24,000 bases of DNA from Achromobacter phage vB_AxyP_19-32_Axy11. Both the position numbers and the translations under genes were made by a program. Where the stretch lies: sequence record MK962630.1; one strand, given 5' to 3'. Within the stretch, counting starts at the first letter, position 1, and each line of letters starts with the position of its first letter. The notes beneath the pieces were generated by a model. It saw only the letters and a program-made list of their open reading frames with translations. It was not told the DNA's origin and did no database searches. Shown here in pieces: positions 1-7,341 of the stretch.

Positions 1-2
1 TG

Positions 3-158
3 ACCCTGTGGGAAGCATGGCGCTTCCTGGAAAAGAATGAAGGCCGTGTCATGTGGCCGGAATTCGTCCCGCATGTCATCTACAAGGACATGCCTCTCCG
101 CAATGTGTGGGCCATGGCCCAACGCATGCGTAACCTCCTGCTGGAGAACATGCAGTAA
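3..158 (+). CDS. C-terminal end of a hypothetical protein, truncated by window start
   Basis: Open frame from base 3 to TAA 156-158 (LWEAWRFLEKNEGRVMWPEF...LLLENMQ*). The stop overlaps the ATG at 158. Confidence 0.6.
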   Translation, partial: TLWEAWRFLEKNEGRVMWPEFVPHVIYKDMPLRNVWAMAQRMRNLLLENMQ

Positions 159-502
159 TGAAGAAAGACCGCCGATCCACCATCATCGACAAGATCGAAG
201 CCCGTTGTGACATCGTAGATACGGGCTTCAAGATCGGGATGAAAGCGAGTCCATGCCATCTGTGGAATGGACCCACCTCGGGTAACGGCCGGGGTGGTGG
301 ATACGGCAGGATGAGTTTGGATGGTCACACTGTGGCCGTCCATCTCGTCGCCTTTACCCATTACTTCGGCTACATCCCCGGCAACAAACAAGTCGATCAT
401 CTGTGCAACCAGAGACTCTGCTGCAATCCGCAGCATCTGGAGTTGGTGACTCATCTCAAGAACCAGCGGCGGCGTGCCGCCAGAGCCAAGGAGAAGGCAT
501 GA
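158..502 (+). CDS. HNH endonuclease-like protein
   Basis: 114 aa. C-terminal VDHLCNQRLCCNPQHLELVTHLKNQRR matches the zinc-binding HNH pattern (DH...C..CxNPxHL). Confidence 0.8.
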   Translation: MKKDRRSTIIDKIEARCDIVDTGFKIGMKASPCHLWNGPTSGNGRGGGYGRMSLDGHTVAVHLVAFTHYFGYIPGNKQVDHLCNQRLCCNPQHLELVTHLKNQRRRAARAKEKA

Positions 503-951
503 ACAAGTGGCGAGTATTTCCCCTCCGCATCGGTGGCAAGTGGGCCATCTGCACGGACAACGGTGAGGGCTACATCTTTCTGAAGGACGGCGACAAGTAC
601 GTTCGCTTCGTATCCAAGTCTGCTGCTCAGGCTCGTGTGGACGAAGAGAATTCGTACATGGCCCTGGAACAGAAACACCTGGGTGATGCTGACAAGAAGA
701 CGGGCATCTACAGTCCCGTTGCCAGCAAGGACCAAGTTCTGGAATTCCTCCAGAACGCATGCCGTGCCTACGGTGCATACGAAGTAACCAAGATGCTCTG
801 TGAAGTGACCAAGGCTTCTTCCGAAGAGTTCCTGACTCATGGCAACACCGGTGCCATCATCCATGCTGATGCAAAGATCCTGCACACTGCCGTGCTGCAC
901 ATGGCCATCTCGCATCCCTTGCGGGCAATGGATCTCAAGGGGCTGACGTGA
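499..951 (+). CDS. hypothetical protein
   Basis: In-frame ATG at 499 inside the 403..951 ORF, preceded by GGAG and overlapping the upstream stop. Confidence 0.65.
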   Translation: MNKWRVFPLRIGGKWAICTDNGEGYIFLKDGDKYVRFVSKSAAQARVDEENSYMALEQKHLGDADKKTGIYSPVASKDQVLEFLQNACRAYGAYEVTKMLCEVTKASSEEFLTHGNTGAIIHADAKILHTAVLHMAISHPLRAMDLKGLT

Positions 952-1307
952 ACACCAACATCATCCCTCGTGAACAACATCCCTGGCGTGATGACACGGC
1001 CTATGCCAGAACTCCCCATGAGGAAGCTCTCTGGCAACGGGCTACTGAAAAGGGGCAGAACTTTCGCACCATCGATTGGGTCATCTCGGACACGCATTGC
1101 ATGCTGCCCAAGGAAGACTTCGACCGCCTTTCCGAATACAGCACCACCATGCCTACGGGTGTGTGGCCTGGAAAGTTGTGGAAGGCTGAGGTCGATGGTG
1201 TCTGGTACATCCGCTGGTATGGGATTGTTCCGGGTGATGATCGTGTTTGCTCCAACAACCAACGAATCGCTGTTGTCAGCGATGCACTGGAGATCATCGG
1301 CATATGA
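948..1307 (+). CDS. hypothetical protein
   Basis: 119 aa ORF, ATG overlapping upstream TGA, with co-directional neighbours. Confidence 0.65.
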   Translation: MNTNIIPREQHPWRDDTAYARTPHEEALWQRATEKGQNFRTIDWVISDTHCMLPKEDFDRLSEYSTTMPTGVWPGKLWKAEVDGVWYIRWYGIVPGDDRVCSNNQRIAVVSDALEIIGI

Positions 1308-1579
1308 AAGCTCTCGGACCTCGTTCTGAGATGAAGATGGTCAAGAATGCTTGGGGTAACCAAGTAGGCCAATGTCAGCAGCTTTTCCAAGTAGAGGCTG
1401 CTGATGTGGGAACAGTCAAACCCCACTATCTCGGATTCAATCACCGTTCCTACATGTTCAAGAAGGAAGACATCGGTACGACGATAGTCGTCTACACCGA
1501 TGGAACCCAATGGACTTGCTGGGTCTTTTCACTCAACTGGGATAACGAAGATGTCCAGAACCATGCTGGCACACAGTAA
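1304..1579 (+). CDS. hypothetical protein
   Basis: ATG at 1304 overlaps the upstream stop (ATGA). An alternative start lies at 1331. Confidence 0.5.
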   Translation: MKALGPRSEMKMVKNAWGNQVGQCQQLFQVEAADVGTVKPHYLGFNHRSYMFKKEDIGTTIVVYTDGTQWTCWVFSLNWDNEDVQNHAGTQ

Positions 1580-1784
1580 TGGTGTTTTGGAGGTTGTCGA
1601 GCTTTTGAGCCGACACCCCGATCACATCAAGGTGCAGACCCTGCACACCAAGAAAGGAACCAAGGCACGCAAGATCTTCTTCAACAACGAGAAGGTTCGT
1701 GAGGTCAAAGACACGAACGAAGGTGAAGCCTGGATCATCGAACAACGCCGTAAACAAGGGCTTCCCTGCCCCGGAGATGACTAA
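1551..1784 (+). CDS. hypothetical protein
   Basis: In-frame ATG 1551 within ORF 1500..1784; charged, protein-like sequence. Confidence 0.5.
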   Translation: MSRTMLAHSNGVLEVVELLSRHPDHIKVQTLHTKKGTKARKIFFNNEKVREVKDTNEGEAWIIEQRRKQGLPCPGDD

Positions 1785-1964
1785 ATGAATTCCGCTGCTT
1801 TGCAGATTGAACTGCAACAAGAAATCAACAAGCTTGGCAAGCTGACCCGTTCCGGTGCCAAATCGGAAGAGGCTGTGCGCCAAGCCCAGAAGGTGAAGGA
1901 AGCGGCCACGTATCTGGCCAACGCCATCGCTGCTGAAGTCACTCAGTACAACCAGGGACGGTAA
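1785..1964 (+). CDS. small hypothetical protein, 59 aa
   Basis: Read directly: MNSAALQIELQQEINKLGKLTRSGAKSEEAVRQAQKVKEAATYLANAIAAEVTQYNQGR*. Below the ORF-track cutoff but fills the gap between neighbours. Confidence 0.55.
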   Translation: MNSAALQIELQQEINKLGKLTRSGAKSEEAVRQAQKVKEAATYLANAIAAEVTQYNQGR

Positions 1965-1967
1965 GCC

Positions 1968-2186
1968 ATGTCTCGCACCTTTGAGAGCAATGACGCTCAA
2001 CGTTTGTATCGTCAGATGCGGGAAAAGCTCAATTCCGATGATGCGATCAAGACTGTCGTGCTCATCACTGGCGAGCAACCCATCCCACCCAACAAGACCA
2101 ACTCGATGTATTTCCTGGGAGGCTGTCCTCCCGGAGATACGAAGCACGGTCTCCCCTATTACCACGGCCCCAAGCGCCGCTTCTAA
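1968..2186 (+). CDS. small hypothetical protein, 72 aa
   Basis: ATG ORF directly following the previous gene in a compact operon layout. Confidence 0.5.
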   Translation: MSRTFESNDAQRLYRQMREKLNSDDAIKTVVLITGEQPIPPNKTNSMYFLGGCPPGDTKHGLPYYHGPKRRF

Positions 2187-2198
2187 GAGAGTCCCCTC

Positions 2199-3239
2199 AT
2201 GTCGGATATTTCCTCCTTCACCGCCGCCAATCAGCGTCAAACGAAGAAGTTCGTCGAGCGTGCCATGGCTGCTGGCCGTGTCCCTTTCATCACCGCCTGC
2301 CCTGGTGTCGGCAAGTCTGCCATCATCCACACCATCGCCCGTGAGCGTGGCCTGAAGATGATCGACCATCGTCTGTCCACCTCGGCTCCGGAAGACCTCA
2401 ACGGCCTGCCCCGTTTCACGGACAAGGGCGCTGAATTCGTTCCCTTCGCTGACCTGTTCCCGCTGGAAGGGGACTCCATTCCCCAGGGCTACAACGGCTG
2501 GCTGCTGTTTCTGGACGAACTGCCTTCGGCTCCCCGTTCGGTGCAAGCTGCGGCCTACAAACTGATTCTGGATCGCATGGTCGGCCAGAAGCGCCTGCAT
2601 GAAATGGTCTTCGTCGTCGCTGCGGGTAATCGCAAGCAGGACAAGGCCATCGTGAACGACATCGGCACTGCCATGCAATCCCGGCTCATCCACATCGAGA
2701 TGGACGCCGACTTCAAGTGCTGGCAGGAAGATGTGGCCATCCCCCAGCAGTTCGATCCCCGTGTTGTCGCCTACCTGTCGATGAACCCCAGCAAGCTGAT
2801 CGACTTCGATCCCGATCATCAGGACCGCACCTTCTGCTGCCCCCGTACCTGGGAATTCGTCTCCGATCTGATCAAGGGCCGTCCGCTGGAAAGCGACGAC
2901 GCCATCCTGCTGGCAGGCGCCATCACCTCCGGCGAAGCCATCAGCTTCGTGCAGTTCTGCCACGTTTACGACTCGCTGCCGAACATGCAGTCGCTGATCG
3001 ACGATCCCGAGAATGCCATCATTCCTCGTGATCCGGCATCGCTCTGGGCCACGACCATGGCCTGCGTCGAGCACACCACGGTCGAGAACTTCGGTGATTT
3101 CATGAAGTACATGAATCGCCTGGATCTGGTTCAGCGTGTGCTGTACTTCCGTGCCACCTATGCCAAGCTGGGCGCTCCGCTCCGCAGCAGCCGTGGCTTC
3201 ACCGAGGCGGCTATCGAACTGGGCCGCTACATCAGCTAA
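2199..3239 (+). CDS. MoxR/dynein-related-type AAA+ ATPase
   Basis: 346 aa. Walker A ACPGVGKSAI, Walker B WLLFLDELPSA, sensor-like VVAAGNR. Confidence 0.88.
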   Translation: MSDISSFTAANQRQTKKFVERAMAAGRVPFITACPGVGKSAIIHTIARERGLKMIDHRLSTSAPEDLNGLPRFTDKGAEFVPFADLFPLEGDSIPQGYNGWLLFLDELPSAPRSVQAAAYKLILDRMVGQKRLHEMVFVVAAGNRKQDKAIVNDIGTAMQSRLIHIEMDADFKCWQEDVAIPQQFDPRVVAYLSMNPSKLIDFDPDHQDRTFCCPRTWEFVSDLIKGRPLESDDAILLAGAITSGEAISFVQFCHVYDSLPNMQSLIDDPENAIIPRDPASLWATTMACVEHTTVENFGDFMKYMNRLDLVQRVLYFRATYAKLGAPLRSSRGFTEAAIELGRYIS

Positions 3240-3252
3240 TCAAGGAGTAGCG

Positions 3253-3426
3253 ATGGAAGAACCGGTAAACAAGCGCCGTCCTGGTGCAGTGAAGTGGATG
3301 GCGGTCTATCTGGATCGTCATGCTGTCGTCTGGGCAGTCACCGAGGGTGAAGCCCTCCAGAAAGCCCATGAGCACTTCAAGCCCAAGAAAGCCAACAAGG
3401 GGCTTGTCCACGTCAGTATGATCTGA
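3253..3426 (+). CDS. small hypothetical protein, 57 aa
   Basis: In-frame ATG 3253 preceded by AAGGAG. Confidence 0.5.
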   Translation: MEEPVNKRRPGAVKWMAVYLDRHAVVWAVTEGEALQKAHEHFKPKKANKGLVHVSMI

Positions 3427-3440
3427 ACCAAGGGGGAACC

Positions 3441-3827
3441 ATGGAAGTCTGGTATCGCTATGAACAAGATCTCCAATCAGGAGGTCATTACGATCTAGAC
3501 GGTGAATTCATTCCTGGTGTTCCCCGTGTGGGCATAAACCTGATCGAGTACACCGTTATCAAGTACACCCCGAAAGGGGTGTGGCTGAACGTTCTGGGAC
3601 GAAAGCGCTTCGTGCTTCACCAAGGACGTAAGAAGTTTGCTCATGCGGATAAGAAAGATGCTGTCGAGAGCTTTGTTGCTCGCAAAGACAAGCAGATCCG
3701 CATCCTCCAATCCCAGCAGAACAATGCCATTACCGCAAGGAACATGGCAATTGAAATGCTGGCCCAAATCGAAGAAGGAAAAGAACCATGTCCTCCACGC
3801 TACCGGATGGCATCCAGCGGGATCTAG
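3441..3827 (+). CDS. hypothetical protein
   Basis: 128 aa ORF with GGGGGA upstream of ATG; short overlap with the next gene. Confidence 0.6.
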   Translation: MEVWYRYEQDLQSGGHYDLDGEFIPGVPRVGINLIEYTVIKYTPKGVWLNVLGRKRFVLHQGRKKFAHADKKDAVESFVARKDKQIRILQSQQNNAITARNMAIEMLAQIEEGKEPCPPRYRMASSGI

Positions 3828-4948
3828 ATAAGGCCAAGATCCGTGCTTTCCGTGGAAAGACTGCGGCTTTCTTGGCTCCCATCATGAGCATGATGCGCTT
3901 CGAGTGGGACGAGAAAGCAGGCACGGCTTCGGTCAACGGAGTGTCCATGAAGTGGAACCCTATCTGGTTCATGGCTTTGTCGGCCGCCACTCGTGAAACC
4001 GTGCTCATGCACGAACTCTGGCACGTCGCTCGCATGCACATGCTGCGACTCGGCAACCGTGATCCGCTCTGGTGGAACTACGCTTGCGATATCTGGATCA
4101 ACAACATGCTGGAAAAGGAAGGGTATTCCTTCCAGGGTGTTGAGAACTGCTGGAAAAACCAACAGTACGCCCACAACACGGAAGAAGAAATCTACGACGC
4201 TATCTATCAACCTAGCAATCCCCCTCCGACTACCGGAGCGTTCGGGGATGATGGCGGTGATGGTGACATGGACTCCGAATCCGATGATGGAGCCAGTGAA
4301 GGACAGAATCAGGCTGCGAAGAATGACGTGCTCAATGCCGTCGTTCGTGCCATGCACCAAGCCAAAATGACCGGCCAGCCTGGAGCCATGCCGGGGGATC
4401 AAGAACATCTGATCACCCAGTTCCTCAAGCCCATGGTTCCGTGGAAGCAGTTGCTCCGCAAGTTCTTCACGGACATGCAGGACGACGACTACTCCTGGCG
4501 TCGTCCCAATCGTCGTCACAGCGATATCTATCTGCCCTGCCGTGTGCAGGATGATGGACGCCTGAAGCATCTGGCGTACTACCTGGACGTGTCCGGGTCC
4601 ATCTCTCAGCATGACGTACTGCGCTTCAATTCCGAAGTGAAGCACGTCTGGGATGAGTTCAGACCGGAGAAGATGTCGCTAATTCAGTTCGACACTCGCA
4701 TCGCCCACGAGACTTCCATCAAGGAAGGACAGGAATTCAACGAAGTGAAAGTGTATGGTGGTGGTGGAACCTGCTTGGTTCCTGTTCGTGAGCACATCAT
4801 CGAACACAAGCCCACCGCAGCTATCATCTTCACTGACTTGCATGTCCGTCCGATGCAGAAGCTGCCCTTCAACATTCCGGTCATCTGGATTGTCATCAAC
4901 AACCCACATGCTGAAGTCCCTTTCGGCAAGGTGATCGACATCAAGTGA
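3788..4948 (+). CDS. VWA-like protein with putative metallopeptidase domain (DUF2201-like)
   Basis: 386 aa. Zinc-peptidase motif HELWH in MHELWHVARMHMLRLGNRDPLWW; VWA/MIDAS-like YLDVSGSIS ... GGGGT ... IIFTDL. Next door to a MoxR-type ATPase. Confidence 0.8.
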   Translation: MSSTLPDGIQRDLDKAKIRAFRGKTAAFLAPIMSMMRFEWDEKAGTASVNGVSMKWNPIWFMALSAATRETVLMHELWHVARMHMLRLGNRDPLWWNYACDIWINNMLEKEGYSFQGVENCWKNQQYAHNTEEEIYDAIYQPSNPPPTTGAFGDDGGDGDMDSESDDGASEGQNQAAKNDVLNAVVRAMHQAKMTGQPGAMPGDQEHLITQFLKPMVPWKQLLRKFFTDMQDDDYSWRRPNRRHSDIYLPCRVQDDGRLKHLAYYLDVSGSISQHDVLRFNSEVKHVWDEFRPEKMSLIQFDTRIAHETSIKEGQEFNEVKVYGGGGTCLVPVREHIIEHKPTAAIIFTDLHVRPMQKLPFNIPVIWIVINNPHAEVPFGKVIDIK

Positions 4949-4955
4949 GGTGCTC

Positions 4956-5474
4956 ATGATTGTTAATCGTGAAGCTCTGCTGTACGACCGTCCTCCCATC
5001 AAGGACATGCGGGCAACGAAGAGCGTTGCTCATGGAACCAGTTACGGTCTGACCGAAGCTGGTTACGACCTGCGCATCCAGCAGGACGTGCTGTTCACCA
5101 AGAACGGTTTCCGTGAGCGCATCGTCTATGTGGCCGAACCCGGTACGGCTACTCTGGATCGTATAGGCAAACTAGGGCGTTTCGCCCTGGCATCTGCCAT
5201 GGAAGAATTCGACATGCCCAGCCACTTGGTTGGCGTGGTTCACGACAAGTCCACTTGGGCACGTCGTGGCTTGTCGGTCTTCAACACGGTCATCGAGCCG
5301 GGCTGGAAAGGCTTTCTCACCTTGGAGCTTGTCTACCATGGCGAGGAAGACCTCATCATCCCGGCTGGTTCTGGTATTGCCCAGGTTCTGTTTCATCAAC
5401 TGAAGCAGGAAGCTTCCTACAATGGCAAGTACCAGAATCAAGAGGCTGCGCCGGTTCCTTCCAAGGAAAGCTGA
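4956..5474 (+). CDS. dcd: dCTP deaminase / dUTPase-superfamily protein
   Basis: GYDLRIQQD, VHDKSTWARRGLSVFNTVIEPGWKGFLTLELVYHG and IPAGSGIAQVLFH match the dCTP deaminase/trimeric dUTPase fold signatures. Confidence 0.82.
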   Translation: MIVNREALLYDRPPIKDMRATKSVAHGTSYGLTEAGYDLRIQQDVLFTKNGFRERIVYVAEPGTATLDRIGKLGRFALASAMEEFDMPSHLVGVVHDKSTWARRGLSVFNTVIEPGWKGFLTLELVYHGEEDLIIPAGSGIAQVLFHQLKQEASYNGKYQNQEAAPVPSKES

Positions 5475-5475
5475 C

Positions 5476-5718
5476 ATGGATACCCACTACTGCGAGGTCT
5501 GCGGTGAGGTCAATCTTTGGCCTCTCGTCAGCTACGAGCACAGCTACGTCTGTAAAGCTTGCGTGGAAGTGGGCGACGATGTTGGTTTCAACGAAGAAGC
5601 CGAAGTTTGGCGGAAAGTCGATCGTTGTCCTGGATGTGGGAGGACTGGTATGGTGAACTACGGAGAAGGATACCGTTTGGTGTTCTACTGCGGAGGCTCA
5701 CCCTACTGTTGCCCATAA
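5476..5718 (+). CDS. small zinc-ribbon-like protein
   Basis: 80 aa with multiple Cys pairs: CEVCG, CKAC, CPGCG. ATG 5476 immediately follows the dcd stop. Confidence 0.6.
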   Translation: MDTHYCEVCGEVNLWPLVSYEHSYVCKACVEVGDDVGFNEEAEVWRKVDRCPGCGRTGMVNYGEGYRLVFYCGGSPYCCP

Positions 5719-5779
5719 AGGAAAGTTAGGCTATCGTGAAGTCTTTCTTGGGGTGAGAAACCCCTGAAGGAGAAAAGGC

Positions 5780-5938
5780 ATGCTGTTCGGTTTTCTGAAG
5801 CTGTTCAAGCCGATCATCAGTTCGTTGGTCCCCATCGATCAGATGGTTGTGCGTACCGAAATGCGTCAAGAGGTGCATGCCGCCCTGCCGAAATCCTCCA
5901 ACCGGGTGAGACGACCCGAACAGGATGATTACGGTTAG
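5780..5938 (+). CDS. small hypothetical protein, 52 aa
   Basis: MLFGFLKLFKPIISSLVPIDQMVVRTEMRQEVHAALPKSSNRVRRPEQDDYG*, preceded by GGAG. Confidence 0.45.
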   Translation: MLFGFLKLFKPIISSLVPIDQMVVRTEMRQEVHAALPKSSNRVRRPEQDDYG

Positions 5939-5973
5939 GGACTACCAAACGTAGACCTCATACATAGACGCCG

Positions 5974-6000
5974 GAAGCCCAGAGTCGATCTCTGGGCTTC
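5974..6000 (+). promoter_or_regulatory. strong perfect hairpin at the entry to the non-coding RNA block
   Basis: GAAGCCCAGAG-TCGAT-CTCTGGGCTTC, 11 bp, no clear U-tract. Possible terminator or processing site. Confidence 0.6.
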
Positions 6001-6742
6001 GCACTTTCAGGCATCTTGAATCTGTGTCCTTATCCAGCACTGCATATGGCGTTCACAACCCCCTGTTTAGTCAGGCTAGGTGTGTGGAATCGTGTAAGAG
6101 GGTATTCGAGGTCACAGATCAAAGGTGATCCAGGTTTGGTACACCTGGCAATAGTCCTGGATTCCGTTCGATTCGGGGAGCGGCCGATGGTTCGGCAAAA
6201 CAAGCAAGCTACTGGGGTGTTCCACTCCGCATATCGCCAGTTTCAGAAACGGACGTGCAATGGTTCAGTACCCGATACGGTTCACTCATCAAATCAGGAA
6301 CTTGTTCCTGTCGCTGGTTTGAATCCAGCCACCGAAAGGTGTAGGCAAGCGAAAAAGCCGTTGATGGCCGGTGTAGGGAGCAGGGCTTTTAAGGCCGGGG
6401 GTTTTGCAGCAAAACTCCGGCAACCTATTCAAGAATTCGCAGGCGTGGGTCGTTCCCTGAAGTCTGCGTTTCAGAGTTACGAATCTCTGTTGAAAATCGT
6501 AGAGGGGCGCTTGGTCTTCAGCCTTGCCCTCTCGTCTACAGACCCCCCAGAAACCTCAGTCATGTCAACCACAGCAAGCTGATGAGCCAGTGAGCCGAGA
6601 GTTGGTGGCTGAGGTGTATGGGAACAGCAGAGAAGTCCGATAGTTCTTGGTTTCAAACCCTGCTGGGACTTAGGTCCAAACAAAGAAGTCGAAACCATGT
6701 GAAAGCTCAGTCGAGAGACTGGTGAGACATAATGCCTGTCTC

Positions 6743-6766
6743 CGCACTCTATTTCGATAGAGTGCG
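6743..6766 (+). other. 10-bp hairpin with TTCG tetraloop just upstream of a tRNA-like gene
   Basis: CGCACTCTAT-TTCG-ATAGAGTGCG, preceded by a second hairpin GAGACA-TAATGCC-TGTCTC at 6724-6742. Confidence 0.7.
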
Positions 6767-6771
6767 TCATC

Positions 6772-6853
6772 CCCAAGGTAGCTCAGTTGGTAGAGCAGCA
6801 TGCCCTGAAATAGTGGGTAGCGGTCGATGGTTCGAGTCCATCCCGAGGGGCCA
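6772..6853 (+). tRNA. tRNA-like gene, isotype uncertain (possible GAA/Phe anticodon), atypical anticodon arm and imperfect acceptor stem
   Basis: Good D-arm TAGCTCAGTTGGTAGAGC and T-arm GATGG-TTCGAGT-CCATC, encoded CCA at 6851-6853. Acceptor CCCAAGG/CCGAGGG has two mismatches; the region between D- and T-arms is ~6 nt too long. Confidence 0.65.
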
Positions 6854-7060
6854 AGACTTTATATGAAAGGCTGTGGGTGTTGTACCCTCATGGTGTAGTG
6901 GTAAAGGTGTCCTGAGAAATACCAGGTAAACCCACTCATCATAGCGTCTGGGCTTGCAAGCTGACGCAGCACTCTCCTAGGTATGAGTGCCCTTTTATAT
7001 GAAGTTTTGAACCAAGAGAGGCATCTCTTGGGATCATCAGGTGAGTTCATGGCTCATCTG

Positions 7061-7178
7061 GGGCGTAGTGATGGAATGGGTAGACATAAAGTCCAACGAT
7101 AGGCTGCGAAGCTGACAATAGGACTTGGGCGCCAACCGCAAGGTCGCCATGCAGGTTCGAGTCCTGCCTACAATGCCC
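7061..7178 (+). tRNA. class II (Leu-like) tRNA-like gene with a greatly expanded anticodon loop
   Basis: Leu-like TGATGGAATGGGTAGACAT; variable arm GGCG-CCA-ACC-GCAA-GGT-CGCC; T-arm GCAGG-TTCGAGT-CCTGC; anticodon stem AAGTCC(7089-7094)/GGACTT(7121-7126) enclosing 26 nt. Acceptor GGGCGTAG pairs CTAC+GCCC only with AAT bulged. Confidence 0.55.
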
Positions 7179-7185
7179 GAATTAA

Positions 7186-7265
7186 GGAAGGGAACGGCAT
7201 TCTGTGTATTGTAAGTGCTTGCACTATGCACGGATTAGAGGGTTCAAATCCCTCCCCTTCCACCA
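7186..7265 (+). tRNA. tRNA-like gene, possibly Tyr(GUA), truncated D-arm region and expanded anticodon loop
   Basis: Perfect acceptor GGAAGGG/CCCTTCC, T-arm GAGGG-TTCAAAT-CCCTC, encoded ACCA. Anticodon stem GTGTA(7204-7208)/TGCAC(7227-7231) encloses 18 nt; no normal D-arm. Confidence 0.6.
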
Positions 7266-7341
7266 TTTGATAGCGACTCTCCGTCGAGCAGCCTATACCC
7301 TGGATCCGGATAGGGTGGCTGTGAGAGTTGCTTTCAAATGG
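7263..7341 (+). other. long interrupted hairpin between tRNA-like gene and tmRNA acceptor piece
   Basis: CCATTTGA(7263-7270)/TCAAATGG(7334-7341); GCGACTCTC(7273-7281)/GAGAGTTGC(7323-7331); AGCC(7290-7293)/GGCT(7317-7320); ACCCT(7297-7301)/AGGGT(7312-7316). Confidence 0.65.

Noticed and set aside
1533-3074. 513-aa minus-strand ORF
   Set aside because: Opposite the AAA+ ATPase gene with clear Walker motifs and several small plus-strand genes.
6120-6180. Group I intron core suspected from CAATAGTCC
   Set aside because: No convincing P7 partner, P3/P8 or catalytic-core order found by eye.
6016-6582. 188-aa plus-strand ORF in the RNA block
   Set aside because: Sequence shows no protein-like pattern or good RBS context and overlaps many stable hairpins and T-arm-like elements; more likely non-coding.
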